Virus record (IMG/VR): IMGVR_UViG_3300034032_000015
Coordinates: 1-40,734 of that record
Reading direction: 5' to 3' (one strand)
From: a virus
Taxonomy: Duplodnaviria > Caudoviricetes
DNA length: 40,734 bases
Every line of letters begins with the position of its first letter. Positions within the stretch are counted from its first letter, which is position 1. The translations under genes were made by a program, and so were the position numbers. This document shows, piece by piece, positions 27,273 through 36,472 of this stretch. Under the pieces are notes generated by a model. The model had not been told where the DNA came from and ran no database searches. It was given only the letters and a program-made list of their open reading frames with translations.

Positions 27273-28070
27273 TTAGTCAGTAATTTTAATACCGCCCTGA
27301 GCTGCCGCCGCTTTTGCATGAGGAGACAGTGCATCAAAGTCAGCACGTGAAATGGTTTTTCCGTTGCCACTCGCCTCACGAGCTGCACCAGAACCGCCGC
27401 CCGACGTACCTGCCGGGAACCAATGCGGTTTCAGTTCTTTCTGTTGCTCAATCCATTCTGCTGGACCGAACGGGGTCTTGCCATCTTTGCCCAACACAGC
27501 AGTCCCGTTATCCATCTGCACCGCTTTGCCATTGGCATCGAGGGTAAACAGATTACGAGCATGCAGCAGGGCGTCTTCGACTGCCCCTTTGTGCAGACCT
27601 GCCGTTACCGACAGAATCTGCGAATCCAGTACGGCGCCGCGATAAGCGTCAGCGCGTTTTGCTTCTGCCTGGATGAGCGTGTCTTTTGCCGCCAGCTCTT
27701 CCAGGTGTGACTGACGCATACGCTGGGTATGCTTTTCAATCACTTCATGTTTTTTGCCTTCGCTGAAGAGCTTCAGGTCTTCATCCAGGTCCAGGCGCGC
27801 CAGTTGCTCTTTAATCTTTTCAGCATCCAAGCCGTCGAACAGTTTCAGTTTGGTTCCGGTGTCTTTCAGCTTGCCCAGCAGTTCATCGTTTTTCGCTTTC
27901 AAGCCGGTTGTTGCTGCGGCGACCGCGTCGTCGATCTTCTTCTGCATGTCTGTTGCTGCTGCTACGCGAGCGGCTTCCGCTGCTGCGGCTGCTCCGCCGT
28001 CATCTTCGCGAGCAAAGAAAATGGTGACTTGTGGTTCTGTGCTGTACGAATTATTATTTTGGAGTTTCAT
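27273..28070 (-). CDS. capsid scaffolding protein
   Basis: Coiled-coil-like (GLKAKNDELLGK) with C-terminal PHWFP...SGGGS...ISRADFDALSP; directly upstream of the capsid gene. Confidence 0.85.
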   Translation of the reverse strand: MKLQNNNSYSTEPQVTIFFAREDDGGAAAAAEAARVAAATDMQKKIDDAVAAATTGLKAKNDELLGKLKDTGTKLKLFDGLDAEKIKEQLARLDLDEDLKLFSEGKKHEVIEKHTQRMRQSHLEELAAKDTLIQAEAKRADAYRGAVLDSQILSVTAGLHKGAVEDALLHARNLFTLDANGKAVQMDNGTAVLGKDGKTPFGPAEWIEQQKELKPHWFPAGTSGGGSGAAREASGNGKTISRADFDALSPHAKAAAAQGGIKITD

Positions 28071-28146
28071 GAGATCCCCTTGGGAAGTAGATTAGTGCGG
28101 CTTAACCGCCTGAGGCCCAGCTTAGCTGGATGTTGATTGCAAGCTA

Positions 28147-28175
28147 ATTATAATCCATCAAATACTATAAGGCAA
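28147..28175 (-). promoter_or_regulatory. sigma70-type promoter for scaffold/capsid
   Basis: TTGCCT(28175-28170)-17 bp-TATAAT(28152-28147). Confidence 0.75.
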
Positions 28176-28325
28176 CGACTTTTTAAATTTTGTTGTTTCT
28201 TGTTCATCTTCAATCATATCCCAGCCAAGCTCTTTACGAGCCTGATCAGGAGAAACAGGAGGGCGCTTTTCAGCGCGGTTCTTTTGCTGCCATGCACGAA
28301 GTTCTTCTTTCGTTGGTTTGCTCAT
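28158..28325 (-). CDS. small hypothetical protein (55 aa, MSKPTKEELRAWQQ...)
   Basis: Read by hand; strong SD CAGGAGGG; between portal and scaffold. Confidence 0.6.
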   Translation of the reverse strand: MSKPTKEELRAWQQKNRAEKRPPVSPDQARKELGWDMIEDEQETTKFKKSLPYSI

Positions 28326-28352
28326 GACGCCCTCCTGATGACCACACTACAT

Positions 28353-29864
28353 CTATTTGCTACCGTTCCGAAGTTGGGTGCCCGTCGGTGCTGGTGTCGA
28401 GTCGGTCGCTTTCGCTTTCGGGCTCTGTTCACCCGGAGTCACTGCAACGTTTGGATCAAGCGGTGGGACGTATGGATTCTTTTCAATCAACTTGATTTCG
28501 TCTTCCACCGTTTTATCCGGATCAACCATTTCACCTTTTTGCAGCAGTGCCAGCATCGAGTCGTAGCTGTAAGCGCCATTCTGCCAACCTGCAATAATGG
28601 ACGTAAGTGTAAGCGCATCCATTGGAACAGGGAAGAAGTCACGGTTAAGCAGGAACTCAACCTTCTCTGTGGGCACCCCTGCAAACTCGCAGAAGATTTT
28701 CAACGCCTTGGCGATACCCATGGAAATAGCTTGGCTGACAGAGGACAGCATACTTTGCTCACCACCCCTATGCAGGGCCGCAGTGTTTGCGGACTCCACC
28801 CCGCCCTTCACGTTCACTTCAAGCATACGTGCGCCCAAAATGGCCATGTAGCCTTCTTTACGCTCCAGGTTGTCCTTCAGGGCGCTCAAACCTGCACCAG
28901 TGAACTCCAGGAAGAACGCTTTAGCATCCGGACGTGGGAAAACCCAGGCGGTTGTGCTACCAATGCAGAACTTTTCAGGATTGTTTGAGTCGGCAGTGTA
29001 GCCTGACACAATCGGTGTGGGCAAACCAGTAAAGTGACAACCGTGTTCGTAGTCCGCAGTCGTGCGGTAATGCGAAAGATTGACGTCAACCAAGTCGATC
29101 AGTGGTGGCTCATCAACGGTCCAGCTGACGTCGTCAACGCCAACAAACTGGAAGGGAATATACTCGAGAGACTTGCCTGCAATTTTTGGGAAAACCGACT
29201 CGCCAACTTGAAGGTCTTTTCCTTCTTTGTCTTTCACAAAAATGCGAACTCGATAGATGTATTTACCGTTTGATTCCATCAGGTCGAGCACACGGTACTG
29301 AATTAGTTCTTCATCCGTAAATTCATCCTTGGCAACGTCAACTGCTTCCTTCAAAACTACCATGGACAGGCAGGTTTTGTTGTTGATGGTTTTCGTTTTC
29401 CAGTTGATAATGGACAAAGCACTATACAGTTTCATCGATGGGCGATGGTTCAGAACAATTGCATCTGCACGAGTAGCACCTACCTCTACGACGGGGTAGT
29501 CCACATAAATGCCCAGGCGTCCCAGCTTGAGGCATTCTTCAGCAGCGGTGAGTGCAAAAATGTGCATAGACGTGCCTGACAGGTTAATGTCTTCCAGCAT
29601 ATCTTTTACAAGCTCAGGCACAACAATCTTTGGCGGTTTGCGGAACAGCATACCTTGCAAGCCCACAATCGTGCGCCAGGTTGCGTTGTAGAAAATCGTG
29701 CGCGTTTTGTAAGCGAGATATTCAGCCTCGCTCTGCTCGCTCAATTTAGGCAAGTAGGTTGGGCCACGTGCTAGCACAGCGTCAGGACCTTTGGCGACAT
29801 CGATGCAACGCTGCCATTTGTTACACATTGCGGTGTAATCTTTGTGTTGGTTTTCTACGCCCAT
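28353..29864 (-). CDS. portal protein (DUF4055-like)
   Basis: TYLPKL...EY.AYKTR.IFYNATWRT..GL.G.LFRK.P; PPL.DL..VNL.HYR..ADYEHG.HFTGLPT; follows TerL. Confidence 0.92.
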   Translation of the reverse strand: MGVENQHKDYTAMCNKWQRCIDVAKGPDAVLARGPTYLPKLSEQSEAEYLAYKTRTIFYNATWRTIVGLQGMLFRKPPKIVVPELVKDMLEDINLSGTSMHIFALTAAEECLKLGRLGIYVDYPVVEVGATRADAIVLNHRPSMKLYSALSIINWKTKTINNKTCLSMVVLKEAVDVAKDEFTDEELIQYRVLDLMESNGKYIYRVRIFVKDKEGKDLQVGESVFPKIAGKSLEYIPFQFVGVDDVSWTVDEPPLIDLVDVNLSHYRTTADYEHGCHFTGLPTPIVSGYTADSNNPEKFCIGSTTAWVFPRPDAKAFFLEFTGAGLSALKDNLERKEGYMAILGARMLEVNVKGGVESANTAALHRGGEQSMLSSVSQAISMGIAKALKIFCEFAGVPTEKVEFLLNRDFFPVPMDALTLTSIIAGWQNGAYSYDSMLALLQKGEMVDPDKTVEDEIKLIEKNPYVPPLDPNVAVTPGEQSPKAKATDSTPAPTGTQLRNGSK

Positions 29865-29865
29865 T

Positions 29866-31320
29866 TTAATGTCCGCCAATTTTGATTTTGTGTACAATAT
29901 GATCCGCAGCTAAGACGCGATAACGCGTTTCATCAGCGGTGTGGTCTTCTGCATCTGTGTCAATGTCATCTGGATCCTTAGGATCGCGTGGAATTGGAGG
30001 CACAGTACGGATAAAATCTCTGCAAGTTTCGAACACCAGCAAACCGGGCTTGTCAGTGTCGTCGCTAGCGGTTGCAGACAAGCGGTCGCGCATTAGTTCC
30101 CAGCCATTCTTACGACTGCCAGCCTTTTTATCCGCCAGTGTCCAAAACACACCTTCGGATTCCATGTTTTGACCGATCGAGGCATCATCCGTAACGTTGT
30201 AGATTGCAGAGTCAGCTGGGCCCATGTTTACACGACCTTCAAGCCCCATCAAGCGTTCGCGATTCAGGATACCAATAGCCACATTCCGGGCTGTCATGTG
30301 GACACCCTCATTCGGCTTACCTGTGCAACCGTACCACTCACCAATGCGAATCAGCGTCTTAGGCGGGAAGCTCCGGGTCGTGCCATCAGACATTACAGCG
30401 TCGGTGCCGTCTGTTTGCGCCCACCAGCCACAACTGAACGGTTTGCTTGAGCCCCAATCGAATGCGCGGTCAATCTTCCAGCTAGACGGAATTTTAAACG
30501 GTTTGATAATATGTTTCTGCGCACTCCACAGATCATCAAACATGCCGCCTGAAGTAATGTCCCAGCTGCCATACAGCCAAGCTTTACGTTTGTTCGGATC
30601 AGTGATGGATTGTAGCGTCTTGACGTAGTCATCGCCCAAGTGGGGATTTTCACGAATGGAGCCGAACAGCGCAACGCGCTTATTTCCATCATCATCTGTG
30701 ATAACATTCCCGTAAGGTGCAGGATCAATGAAATAATTCTTTACCCAATTGTGCCCCACCCCGTAAGGGTTCGTTGAACTCCGGATGTAGCGCGGGATCA
30801 TTGGTACATCCCCAAACGGGTGGAACGAACTACGATTGCAAGACTTCATTGACTCGTAACAATTAATCGAGGGCCAACTAGTGAGTTCTTCCCACCCGAT
30901 GAACGGATATTCGTGACCGTGGTAAGACCAATAGTCTTCTTCGTCCTCGAATGCACGGAACAGTAACTCTTCGCCAGTAGGCCAAACCCATTTAAGGCTC
31001 GAACTTCCTGCAAGAAAGCGAGGCTTTTGTGCTGAACGATTAAACCACCTTTTCGACTTATTGATAATGTCATCCAGGTGCTTGTAGTTTCGTCGAAAAA
31101 TAATGCCACGCCAGTAATCACCATAACCTCGACCGCAATGCTGCGCAAACGAAAAAAGCATCGAATCCGTTTTGCCTGGTCCGCGGGTTCCCGCAAAGCA
31201 CACTTCACGAATAGGGCTCTGTAAAAATAAAGCTTGACTTCCAGGCAGACACTTCCAAACTGGTGGAGGCATCCTGGGTGGAAGAATTAATTCTCTGTTA
31301 GGTAAAATTATCGACGACAT
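29866..31320 (-). CDS. terL: terminase large subunit
   Basis: Walker A GTRGPGKT, Walker B IGWEEL, motif III STNP, nuclease AFDWGSSKPF and EDH.ADETRY. Confidence 0.95.
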   Translation of the reverse strand: MSSIILPNRELILPPRMPPPVWKCLPGSQALFLQSPIREVCFAGTRGPGKTDSMLFSFAQHCGRGYGDYWRGIIFRRNYKHLDDIINKSKRWFNRSAQKPRFLAGSSSLKWVWPTGEELLFRAFEDEEDYWSYHGHEYPFIGWEELTSWPSINCYESMKSCNRSSFHPFGDVPMIPRYIRSSTNPYGVGHNWVKNYFIDPAPYGNVITDDDGNKRVALFGSIRENPHLGDDYVKTLQSITDPNKRKAWLYGSWDITSGGMFDDLWSAQKHIIKPFKIPSSWKIDRAFDWGSSKPFSCGWWAQTDGTDAVMSDGTTRSFPPKTLIRIGEWYGCTGKPNEGVHMTARNVAIGILNRERLMGLEGRVNMGPADSAIYNVTDDASIGQNMESEGVFWTLADKKAGSRKNGWELMRDRLSATASDDTDKPGLLVFETCRDFIRTVPPIPRDPKDPDDIDTDAEDHTADETRYRVLAADHIVHKIKIGGH

Positions 31321-31871
31321 TATTTAGGTACGGCTACGCTTGGGTCCGCAGATGCGTCTACCAATGCTGTTTGTTGAGCAAGTGCAGCCTTTTCCCATTC
31401 TTCAACACTGATAATGCCTGGGACCACAAACATGCCTCCGCCCAATGGACTACCATCAGCGCCTGTCATTTCGAGCTTGGAACGTGTAGGTGCATCCATA
31501 CCTTGGATAGCGGCGAGTTTGGAGAGCGCAGCAACACGAGCGCTAGGCGAGCAACCTGGCCCGCGATAATTGGCTTCACGAATCAGACCTGTCAGCACGC
31601 GCTTACGCATGATAGCAGCATCTTCTTCTTCAGTGTTGGCTTCTTTGGATTTGATCTGTTGGAGAACGTACGGGCACTGCATGAGGCGCGTGCCCATTTC
31701 ATGTGCGTAGCTCGAACCGTAACCCACACGAATGGCTGCACTCTTGAGGTCGTAGTCGACAAGATACTCATTCACAAAATGGTCGCGGAGAGCCACCTCG
31801 CGATGCGTAAGATCCGCAGCGAGATTTTCTGGCTCTGAGATTCCTTCAGGGAAGGCTTGTGAATCCGACAT
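31320..31871 (-). CDS. terS: terminase small subunit
   Basis: FVNEYLVDYDLKSAAIRVGY HTH-like N-terminus; ARVAALSKLA; abuts TerL. Confidence 0.88.
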   Translation of the reverse strand: MSDSQAFPEGISEPENLAADLTHREVALRDHFVNEYLVDYDLKSAAIRVGYGSSYAHEMGTRLMQCPYVLQQIKSKEANTEEEDAAIMRKRVLTGLIREANYRGPGCSPSARVAALSKLAAIQGMDAPTRSKLEMTGADGSPLGGGMFVVPGIISVEEWEKAALAQQTALVDASADPSVAVPK

Positions 31872-31906
31872 TGATATACTCCGTGATGCTATTGGGCATT
31901 AGGTGG

Positions 31907-31936
31907 AGTATATGTCGGGATGCTGCCTTGGGGCAA
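31907..31936 (-). promoter_or_regulatory. sigma70-type promoter for terS
   Basis: TTGCCC(31936-31931)-18 bp-TATACT(31912-31907), preceded by AAAGC. Confidence 0.6.
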
Positions 31937-32005
31937 GCTTTATTTGTATTGCTAGGAAGAAAAGTGGTGGGCAACGCACTAGGCGGGTGGGCAGGGAGGT
32001 TGTAC

Positions 32006-32036
32006 AGGGTAGCTGCTGCGGTGGTGCAGCTACCCT
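32006..32036. repeat. perfect 11-bp inverted repeat
   Basis: AGGGTAGCTGC-9 nt-GCAGCTACCCT; intergenic; no adjacent U-tract. Confidence 0.8.
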
Positions 32037-32057
32037 AGTAAGCGTGCTACAGCGCGT

Positions 32058-32462
32058 TTAAGCGTGCCAATCACCTATGTGCCAAATGACTGCATTTCTA
32101 CAACGAGCCTGAATAACTCGCATGATTCTTTTGCGAATTTCAGATTGGTCTATGTTTAACATGCCCGTGTGCAGTTGGACAACATGTGCATTTTCTTGCC
32201 CTGCCAATACAGCATTGGCATAATCTTCGTGGCAAAGATGAATAACATCCGATCTAGCGCGACCCTTCAAGGTGCAACCAAAATCATCAGCAATGCGGGG
32301 TGAAGTTGCCAAGATGTAAATCCGTTTTGGAAGGATAGCACTTAACGCCGCAATACCCGTTTGAATGTCAGGTTTAAGGTTTCGTTCACCGTTGTAACGC
32401 CGACGCGTCATTTCTTCAATAAGCGCCTTCATTACAAACTGATTTTTAGTAAGTTCCATCAT
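32058..32462 (-). CDS. hypothetical protein
   Basis: ORF with SD GGGAG; overlaps the VRR-NUC end. Confidence 0.65.
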   Translation of the reverse strand: MMELTKNQFVMKALIEEMTRRRYNGERNLKPDIQTGIAALSAILPKRIYILATSPRIADDFGCTLKGRARSDVIHLCHEDYANAVLAGQENAHVVQLHTGMLNIDQSEIRKRIMRVIQARCRNAVIWHIGDWHA

Positions 32463-32859
32463 CAACTCCCATATACCAAGCAATAGTCTGTGCTGCTGTC
32501 ATCCAATCATGGCAGCAACGATACATATAATGTTCATCTGCCAAGAATTTGCCAAATTCTACCTGTGCAGGTGACTCTTTACCTGCCGCTTTCCCTTCGC
32601 TACCAGGCTTCTTCATTTCAATGTAAAGGCCGTGGTAACCACGCTGAGCGCTAGGCAAGCAAACGTCAGAGACACCTGACTTTACACCCTCTGCTTTCAG
32701 GCGCGCAGCGGTTGCAGGATTGCGCTCCCCGCCGTTGGGAATGGCGTACAACCATTTCAGCTGAGGCCAACTCGTAACGGCCTTCTTGTACGCCCAGCAA
32801 AACAGAGCAGCCTGGTGAGCGTGCTCTGTGCCTGCTTTAGCGATGTCTTCAGGTTTCAT
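32446..32859 (-). CDS. VRR-NUC domain nuclease
   Basis: EHAHQ...YAIPNGGER....A.LKAEGVKSGVSD...LYIEMK...S.AQ: PD-(D/E)XK VRR-NUC signature; ATG 32859 with GAGGA SD. Confidence 0.9.
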   Translation of the reverse strand: MKPEDIAKAGTEHAHQAALFCWAYKKAVTSWPQLKWLYAIPNGGERNPATAARLKAEGVKSGVSDVCLPSAQRGYHGLYIEMKKPGSEGKAAGKESPAQVEFGKFLADEHYMYRCCHDWMTAAQTIAWYMGVDDGTY

Positions 32860-33097
32860 CGACTTCCTCAGGCTTTCGCATTTCAACACGAACTTTGCCG
32901 CGAACAATTTCGCGTTCTGGTTCATCTGTAACGCTGACTTGAAGTTTACCGTCTTTAAAGACGTAACGTTCAATCCAGCCCTCGTCTGCATCAGCTGTGG
33001 TGCAACCGTATTGCAAAACTTCGTCAAGATAAACGGTGCACCATATTGCATCAGGATGGAAATACTTGTGCTCAGGATTTACTGAAATTTGGTTCAT
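32849..33097 (-). CDS. hypothetical protein
   Basis: VYLD.V....CTTADADEGWIERY...RGKVRVE; ATGA overlap with the upstream gene; SD GGGAG. Confidence 0.7.
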   Translation of the reverse strand: MNQISVNPEHKYFHPDAIWCTVYLDEVLQYGCTTADADEGWIERYVFKDGKLQVSVTDEPEREIVRGKVRVEMRKPEEVDET

Positions 33098-33579
33098 GGT
33101 TTCTCCCATTTCACTTTGGTCATTTTGGCGCTCAACCCTTGGGCAAGCATGTCGTTGTGGCCGTAGTCATGGCAGACGAACTGATGAACCATTTTACGGG
33201 TCTTAGGATCCTTGCGGAGTACCATGCCGAAGTTACCCCGGTGGCGATCGCTTATGTACTCTGGCAACATGTCAGGCCAGTCGTTCGGACCTGGTACAAC
33301 AGTGCGTTCCATGACTAAAATACGACCGTTATGGCTTAAGCTGTGCACCTTGGCAAACCATTTCGCATGTTCAGGCTTATCCATAACTTCGCACCAGATG
33401 TTGAATTCTGCAATGTTGCGGAAACTATCGGTGCGCTTTTCGATTTTGACCACATGATTGTCGATGAGATGTGCCTTGTGCACTTCTCGGGTGCTACCCT
33501 TGCCAATCAGCCCTGCGCACAAGAATGCGATTGCATCCTCGCCGAGCACGGTCCGGGATTTCACCTTATCCCAGCCCAT
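33094..33579 (-). CDS. minimal protein-kinase-like (PKL fold) protein
   Basis: IGKGSTREV (Gly loop), VVKI (Lys), N.AE..IW (alphaC Glu), LVMER (hinge), DRHRGNFG (catalytic D-x4-N), HDYG (DFG-like); 161 aa. Confidence 0.75.
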   Translation of the reverse strand: MGWDKVKSRTVLGEDAIAFLCAGLIGKGSTREVHKAHLIDNHVVKIEKRTDSFRNIAEFNIWCEVMDKPEHAKWFAKVHSLSHNGRILVMERTVVPGPNDWPDMLPEYISDRHRGNFGMVLRKDPKTRKMVHQFVCHDYGHNDMLAQGLSAKMTKVKWEKP

Positions 33580-33817
33580 TTTTATACTCCTGGACTTCCA
33601 GATAAAGCTTCTGGTCGTCGTCCTTAGAAGGAACAATGAAACGGGCAGGCAGCTCGCCCAGGATGGCCAAAGCTTCCGACGCAGTCAAACCACCGCGATC
33701 AGCAATACGGTGCAAGCTTTGTCCATGGTTGCGAATTGCATGCTTTTCATACGGCAGCAGCATTTCGATTGGCATTTCTTTGACAAGAGTGCCGCCGATG
33801 ATTTTCATTGTGGTCAT
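33566..33817 (-). CDS. hypothetical protein
   Basis: HAIRNHGQSLHRIADRGGL..SEALAIL segment; ATGA overlap with the upstream gene. Confidence 0.65.
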   Translation of the reverse strand: MTTMKIIGGTLVKEMPIEMLLPYEKHAIRNHGQSLHRIADRGGLTASEALAILGELPARFIVPSKDDDQKLYLEVQEYKNGLG

Positions 33818-34020
33818 ACCCATTTCTCCGACAGATAGAGAGCTTGCGTTTCGTTAAAACCCTGTTTGATCAAGGCGTCGTATTTCATTTTCGTGTGCCG
33901 AGCACGATTGTTGTAAAGTTCAGCGAGCGTAATCCAGTCAGTGGCGTCGCACATTGTCTTAACTTGATTACGCACACGGGCGCGCTCCTGTTCAACCTTG
34001 TCTTCTTTCTTATCATCCAT
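33814..34020 (-). CDS. hypothetical protein (68 aa)
   Basis: Ends KYDALIKQGFNETQALYL; tightly packed in the operon. Confidence 0.6.
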   Translation of the reverse strand: MDDKKEDKVEQERARVRNQVKTMCDATDWITLAELYNNRARHTKMKYDALIKQGFNETQALYLSEKWV

Positions 34021-34249
34021 TTTGTTCTTTCTTTTGTTGTGCAAGGATTTTATCCTGTCGGCTGCGCGAAATCTGAGCAGTGAGAATGTGTTTGTAGCCT
34101 GGTTTGTCCAGATCACGCGTAAATTCAATGGTGATAAACACGTTGATCGATTCCATTTCACGGACCAAATTACTCATCCGCTCTTTAGCATACAACAAAT
34201 CCGCGTCGACGGATCTTTGCATTAATTCACTTATTTTTATGGAGTTCAT
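34013..34249 (-). CDS. hypothetical protein (78 aa)
   Basis: SD AAGGAG; ATGA overlap with the upstream gene. Confidence 0.6.
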   Translation of the reverse strand: MNSIKISELMQRSVDADLLYAKERMSNLVREMESINVFITIEFTRDLDKPGYKHILTAQISRSRQDKILAQQKKEQNG

Positions 34250-34446
34250 TGCTTCTCCTTAATCGCAATTTCAAAGCCGACGCAGATGATTGCCAGTTCA
34301 GCGCTCGCGCCGTAGCGTTGAATCATGTTACGCATCGCATAGCGGAGCGTTTCGATCTCCTCATACTCTTCAGCAGAGAAGCCGGCGAAACGCTGTTCCA
34401 GGATGGTTAAACTTTCCTGCGCAGTGCGCTGAGCTTCATTTGCCAT
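34246..34446 (-). CDS. hypothetical protein (66 aa)
   Basis: Tight operon packing; no motif. Confidence 0.6.
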   Translation of the reverse strand: MANEAQRTAQESLTILEQRFAGFSAEEYEEIETLRYAMRNMIQRYGASAELAIICVGFEIAIKEKQ

Positions 34447-34681
34447 CACGAGGCCCGTTGTAAGCTTTAACGTGCTTCTTCATATCCTGCGGCACTTTCA
34501 AGAGCGGTGCCCAGCCCACGAAGTATTGGCCAAACACACCGTACCAGTGGCCAATTACAGCCACTCCGCCGATGGTGAGCAACTGCATTTTGGCGCTTTT
34601 GAGTTGAGCGGGTGGAGCTTCGAAGTTCCAACCCTGTTCACCTAGTGCAGCCGTGCAAACTTCCTGCTGTGAGCTGCTCAT
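34436..34681 (-). CDS. hypothetical protein
   Basis: KMQLLTIGGVAVIGHW.G...VGWAPL; SD GGAG; ATGA overlap with the upstream gene. Confidence 0.65.
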   Translation of the reverse strand: MSSSQQEVCTAALGEQGWNFEAPPAQLKSAKMQLLTIGGVAVIGHWYGVFGQYFVGWAPLLKVPQDMKKHVKAYNGPRDGK

Positions 34682-34824
34682 TTCGACTCCGCAATGCAGC
34701 CTGTGCAGACAAATGCCACGAATACACATACGGCACCACTGAAGAACCAGTCAATTGAAGCAAGAAACATCCCTGCACAGAGAAAACCCATGCCCATGAC
34801 AGCAAGGGCAGTAATTTTGTTCAT
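34678..34824 (-). CDS. small membrane protein (48 aa)
   Basis: Read by hand (MNKITALAVMGMGFLCAG...); SD GGAG; two hydrophobic stretches. Confidence 0.55.
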   Translation of the reverse strand: MNKITALAVMGMGFLCAGMFLASIDWFFSGAVCVFVAFVCTGCIAESK

Positions 34825-34845
34825 TTTGTCTCCGGAATTGTTGTA

Positions 34846-35736
34846 TTAACGTGCCATGCTTGCTTTGATTGCCGGATGGTGGTTATACCCGAACAGTTCA
34901 AAATTGGCAGGATGCAGGTCCGCGATCAGCTCATTGAGCGGCATTTTGTCCGCGTCAACAGGCATACTGATGAACAACTGGCACGGCGTCATCGGTTCAC
35001 GGCTCAATTGTTCCTTACACTGGTCAATGTGGTCCATGTAAATGTGGACATCCGCCAGCATCATGGTGAGCTCGCCGACTTCATAGCCACCCCATGCTGC
35101 GAAAATATGCAACAGGGTTGCGTAAGACGCAATATTGAACGGAATGCCCAGGAACAGGTCGCACGAACGCTGATACATGACCATATTCAGCTTATTGGTG
35201 GACTTATGCGGGAGCAATTGGAACAGCATGTGACACGGTGGGAGCACCGCTTTATCCAGCTCTGCAGGATTCCAGGCGTTGACCACAATGCGGCGTGAAG
35301 GGTTCGGGCTGCGCAGGTCTGCAAGCGCAACAGCAATCTGGTCGACGTGAGGAGTTAGCATTGAACCTGCTTCACGGTCCAAATAGCTTTTACCGGTCCA
35401 GTTGCGCCATTGAGTACCGTAAATGCGCCCCATGTCGTCCGGACCCTGGCAAATAGGACTGTCTAACCATTTCGGGTCGGTCATGTTCTTGTCCCATACG
35501 TTGCAGCCGAGTTCTTGGAAGCGAGCCAGGCTACTTGTGCCTTCCAGGAAACCGATGAGCTCACCGATTACGCCCTTCTCGTAGAACAATTTCTTTGTGG
35601 TCATTGCCGGGAAACCTTTTTCCAGGTCGAATTTCAGCATTTCGCCGGCAATGGTTAATGTGTCAATTCCGGTGCGGTTTGGTTCGCGTACACCGTGGGT
35701 CAAGACCTTTTGCATGAGGTCAAGGTAATTGCGCAT
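34846..35736 (-). CDS. thyA: thymidylate synthase
   Basis: NRTG, FP.MTTKKL, YGTQWR, SRR.VVNAWNP, LPPCH, QRSCDLFLGIPFNIASY, DVHIY..H. Confidence 0.95.
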   Translation of the reverse strand: MRNYLDLMQKVLTHGVREPNRTGIDTLTIAGEMLKFDLEKGFPAMTTKKLFYEKGVIGELIGFLEGTSSLARFQELGCNVWDKNMTDPKWLDSPICQGPDDMGRIYGTQWRNWTGKSYLDREAGSMLTPHVDQIAVALADLRSPNPSRRIVVNAWNPAELDKAVLPPCHMLFQLLPHKSTNKLNMVMYQRSCDLFLGIPFNIASYATLLHIFAAWGGYEVGELTMMLADVHIYMDHIDQCKEQLSREPMTPCQLFISMPVDADKMPLNELIADLHPANFELFGYNHHPAIKASMAR

Positions 35737-35758
35737 GATTTTATTCTTTCTTGTGGTT

Positions 35759-36082
35759 TTACTTCAGGAGGGATGACTTTGTGTCCAACAGCTCGCGAAT
35801 GCGACGTAGCTCTTCGACTACTAGCTTGTCATTGTCAATTTCGTCTTGGCGCGAAATTAAAAACAGTTCAGGGTTAGTGCGCGGCAGTTCGCACAAATCC
35901 TTGTTAAGCACATGCACCAGACTTTTCAGGTGTGCAGCTTGCACGAGAAGCAATCGTGCAGCAACTGCGCGTGCGGTGTAGAAAGTAATCACCCAAACGA
36001 TGAGCCCGACGATAAACAGCGCCAGGAATAGGGTTGCAACGGGCATGCTGAAATGATTCAGATCGTACATAAAGCTTTTCAT
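35759..36082 (-). CDS. hypothetical membrane-anchored protein (107 aa)
   Basis: Single TM segment VATLFLALFIVGLIVWVITFY. Confidence 0.55.
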   Translation of the reverse strand: MKSFMYDLNHFSMPVATLFLALFIVGLIVWVITFYTARAVAARLLLVQAAHLKSLVHVLNKDLCELPRTNPELFLISRQDEIDNDKLVVEELRRIRELLDTKSSLLK

Positions 36083-36089
36083 GGGAACC

Positions 36090-36437
36090 TTAGAGGTGGA
36101 TGTGGAAACGGGTGACTTTACCAACGAGTTGATTATTGAGGTAAAGCTTGCCAATGGTGCGGTCTTTAGGCAGGACACGCAAACGGTTACCATTCAGGTA
36201 AAAGAACACATTGTTGCGCGGTTCAGAGATGAGAGTGTCGATCGCCTGTTTGCGCTGGCGTTCAGCTTGGCACTTGCGAACCATTCGAGCATATTGCATT
36301 TGCCAGTAGCGACCAATGAGGTACTCGAAGATGACCAGGAGGATGAGGATGGAGAAGATTGTAATACAGATGTAGAGCGCAACTGTCTCAGGGATGGGTT
36401 GTGGTTGTAAATCACTACCGATGAAGAGTGGCAACAT
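36090..36437 (-). CDS. hypothetical membrane-anchored protein (115 aa)
   Basis: SD AGGAG; TM segment VALYICITIFSILILLVIF. Confidence 0.6.
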   Translation of the reverse strand: MLPLFIGSDLQPQPIPETVALYICITIFSILILLVIFEYLIGRYWQMQYARMVRKCQAERQRKQAIDTLISEPRNNVFFYLNGNRLRVLPKDRTIGKLYLNNQLVGKVTRFHIHL

Positions 36438-36472
36438 TTAAAGCTCCTATACTGTTGAACTGCGATGAAACT

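Noticed and set aside
26134-27276. 380-aa + strand ORF antisense to the capsid gene (similarly 18957-19625, 13037-13816, 28137-28988)
   Set aside because: Shadow ORFs produced by strong sense-strand codon bias; no motifs or convincing RBS.
34846-35736. ThyA as a dCMP hydroxymethylase explaining the dinucleotide bias
   Set aside because: It retains the dUMP-specifying Asn (PFN) and all canonical ThyA motifs; no associated pyrimidine hypermodification genes are recognisable in the window.
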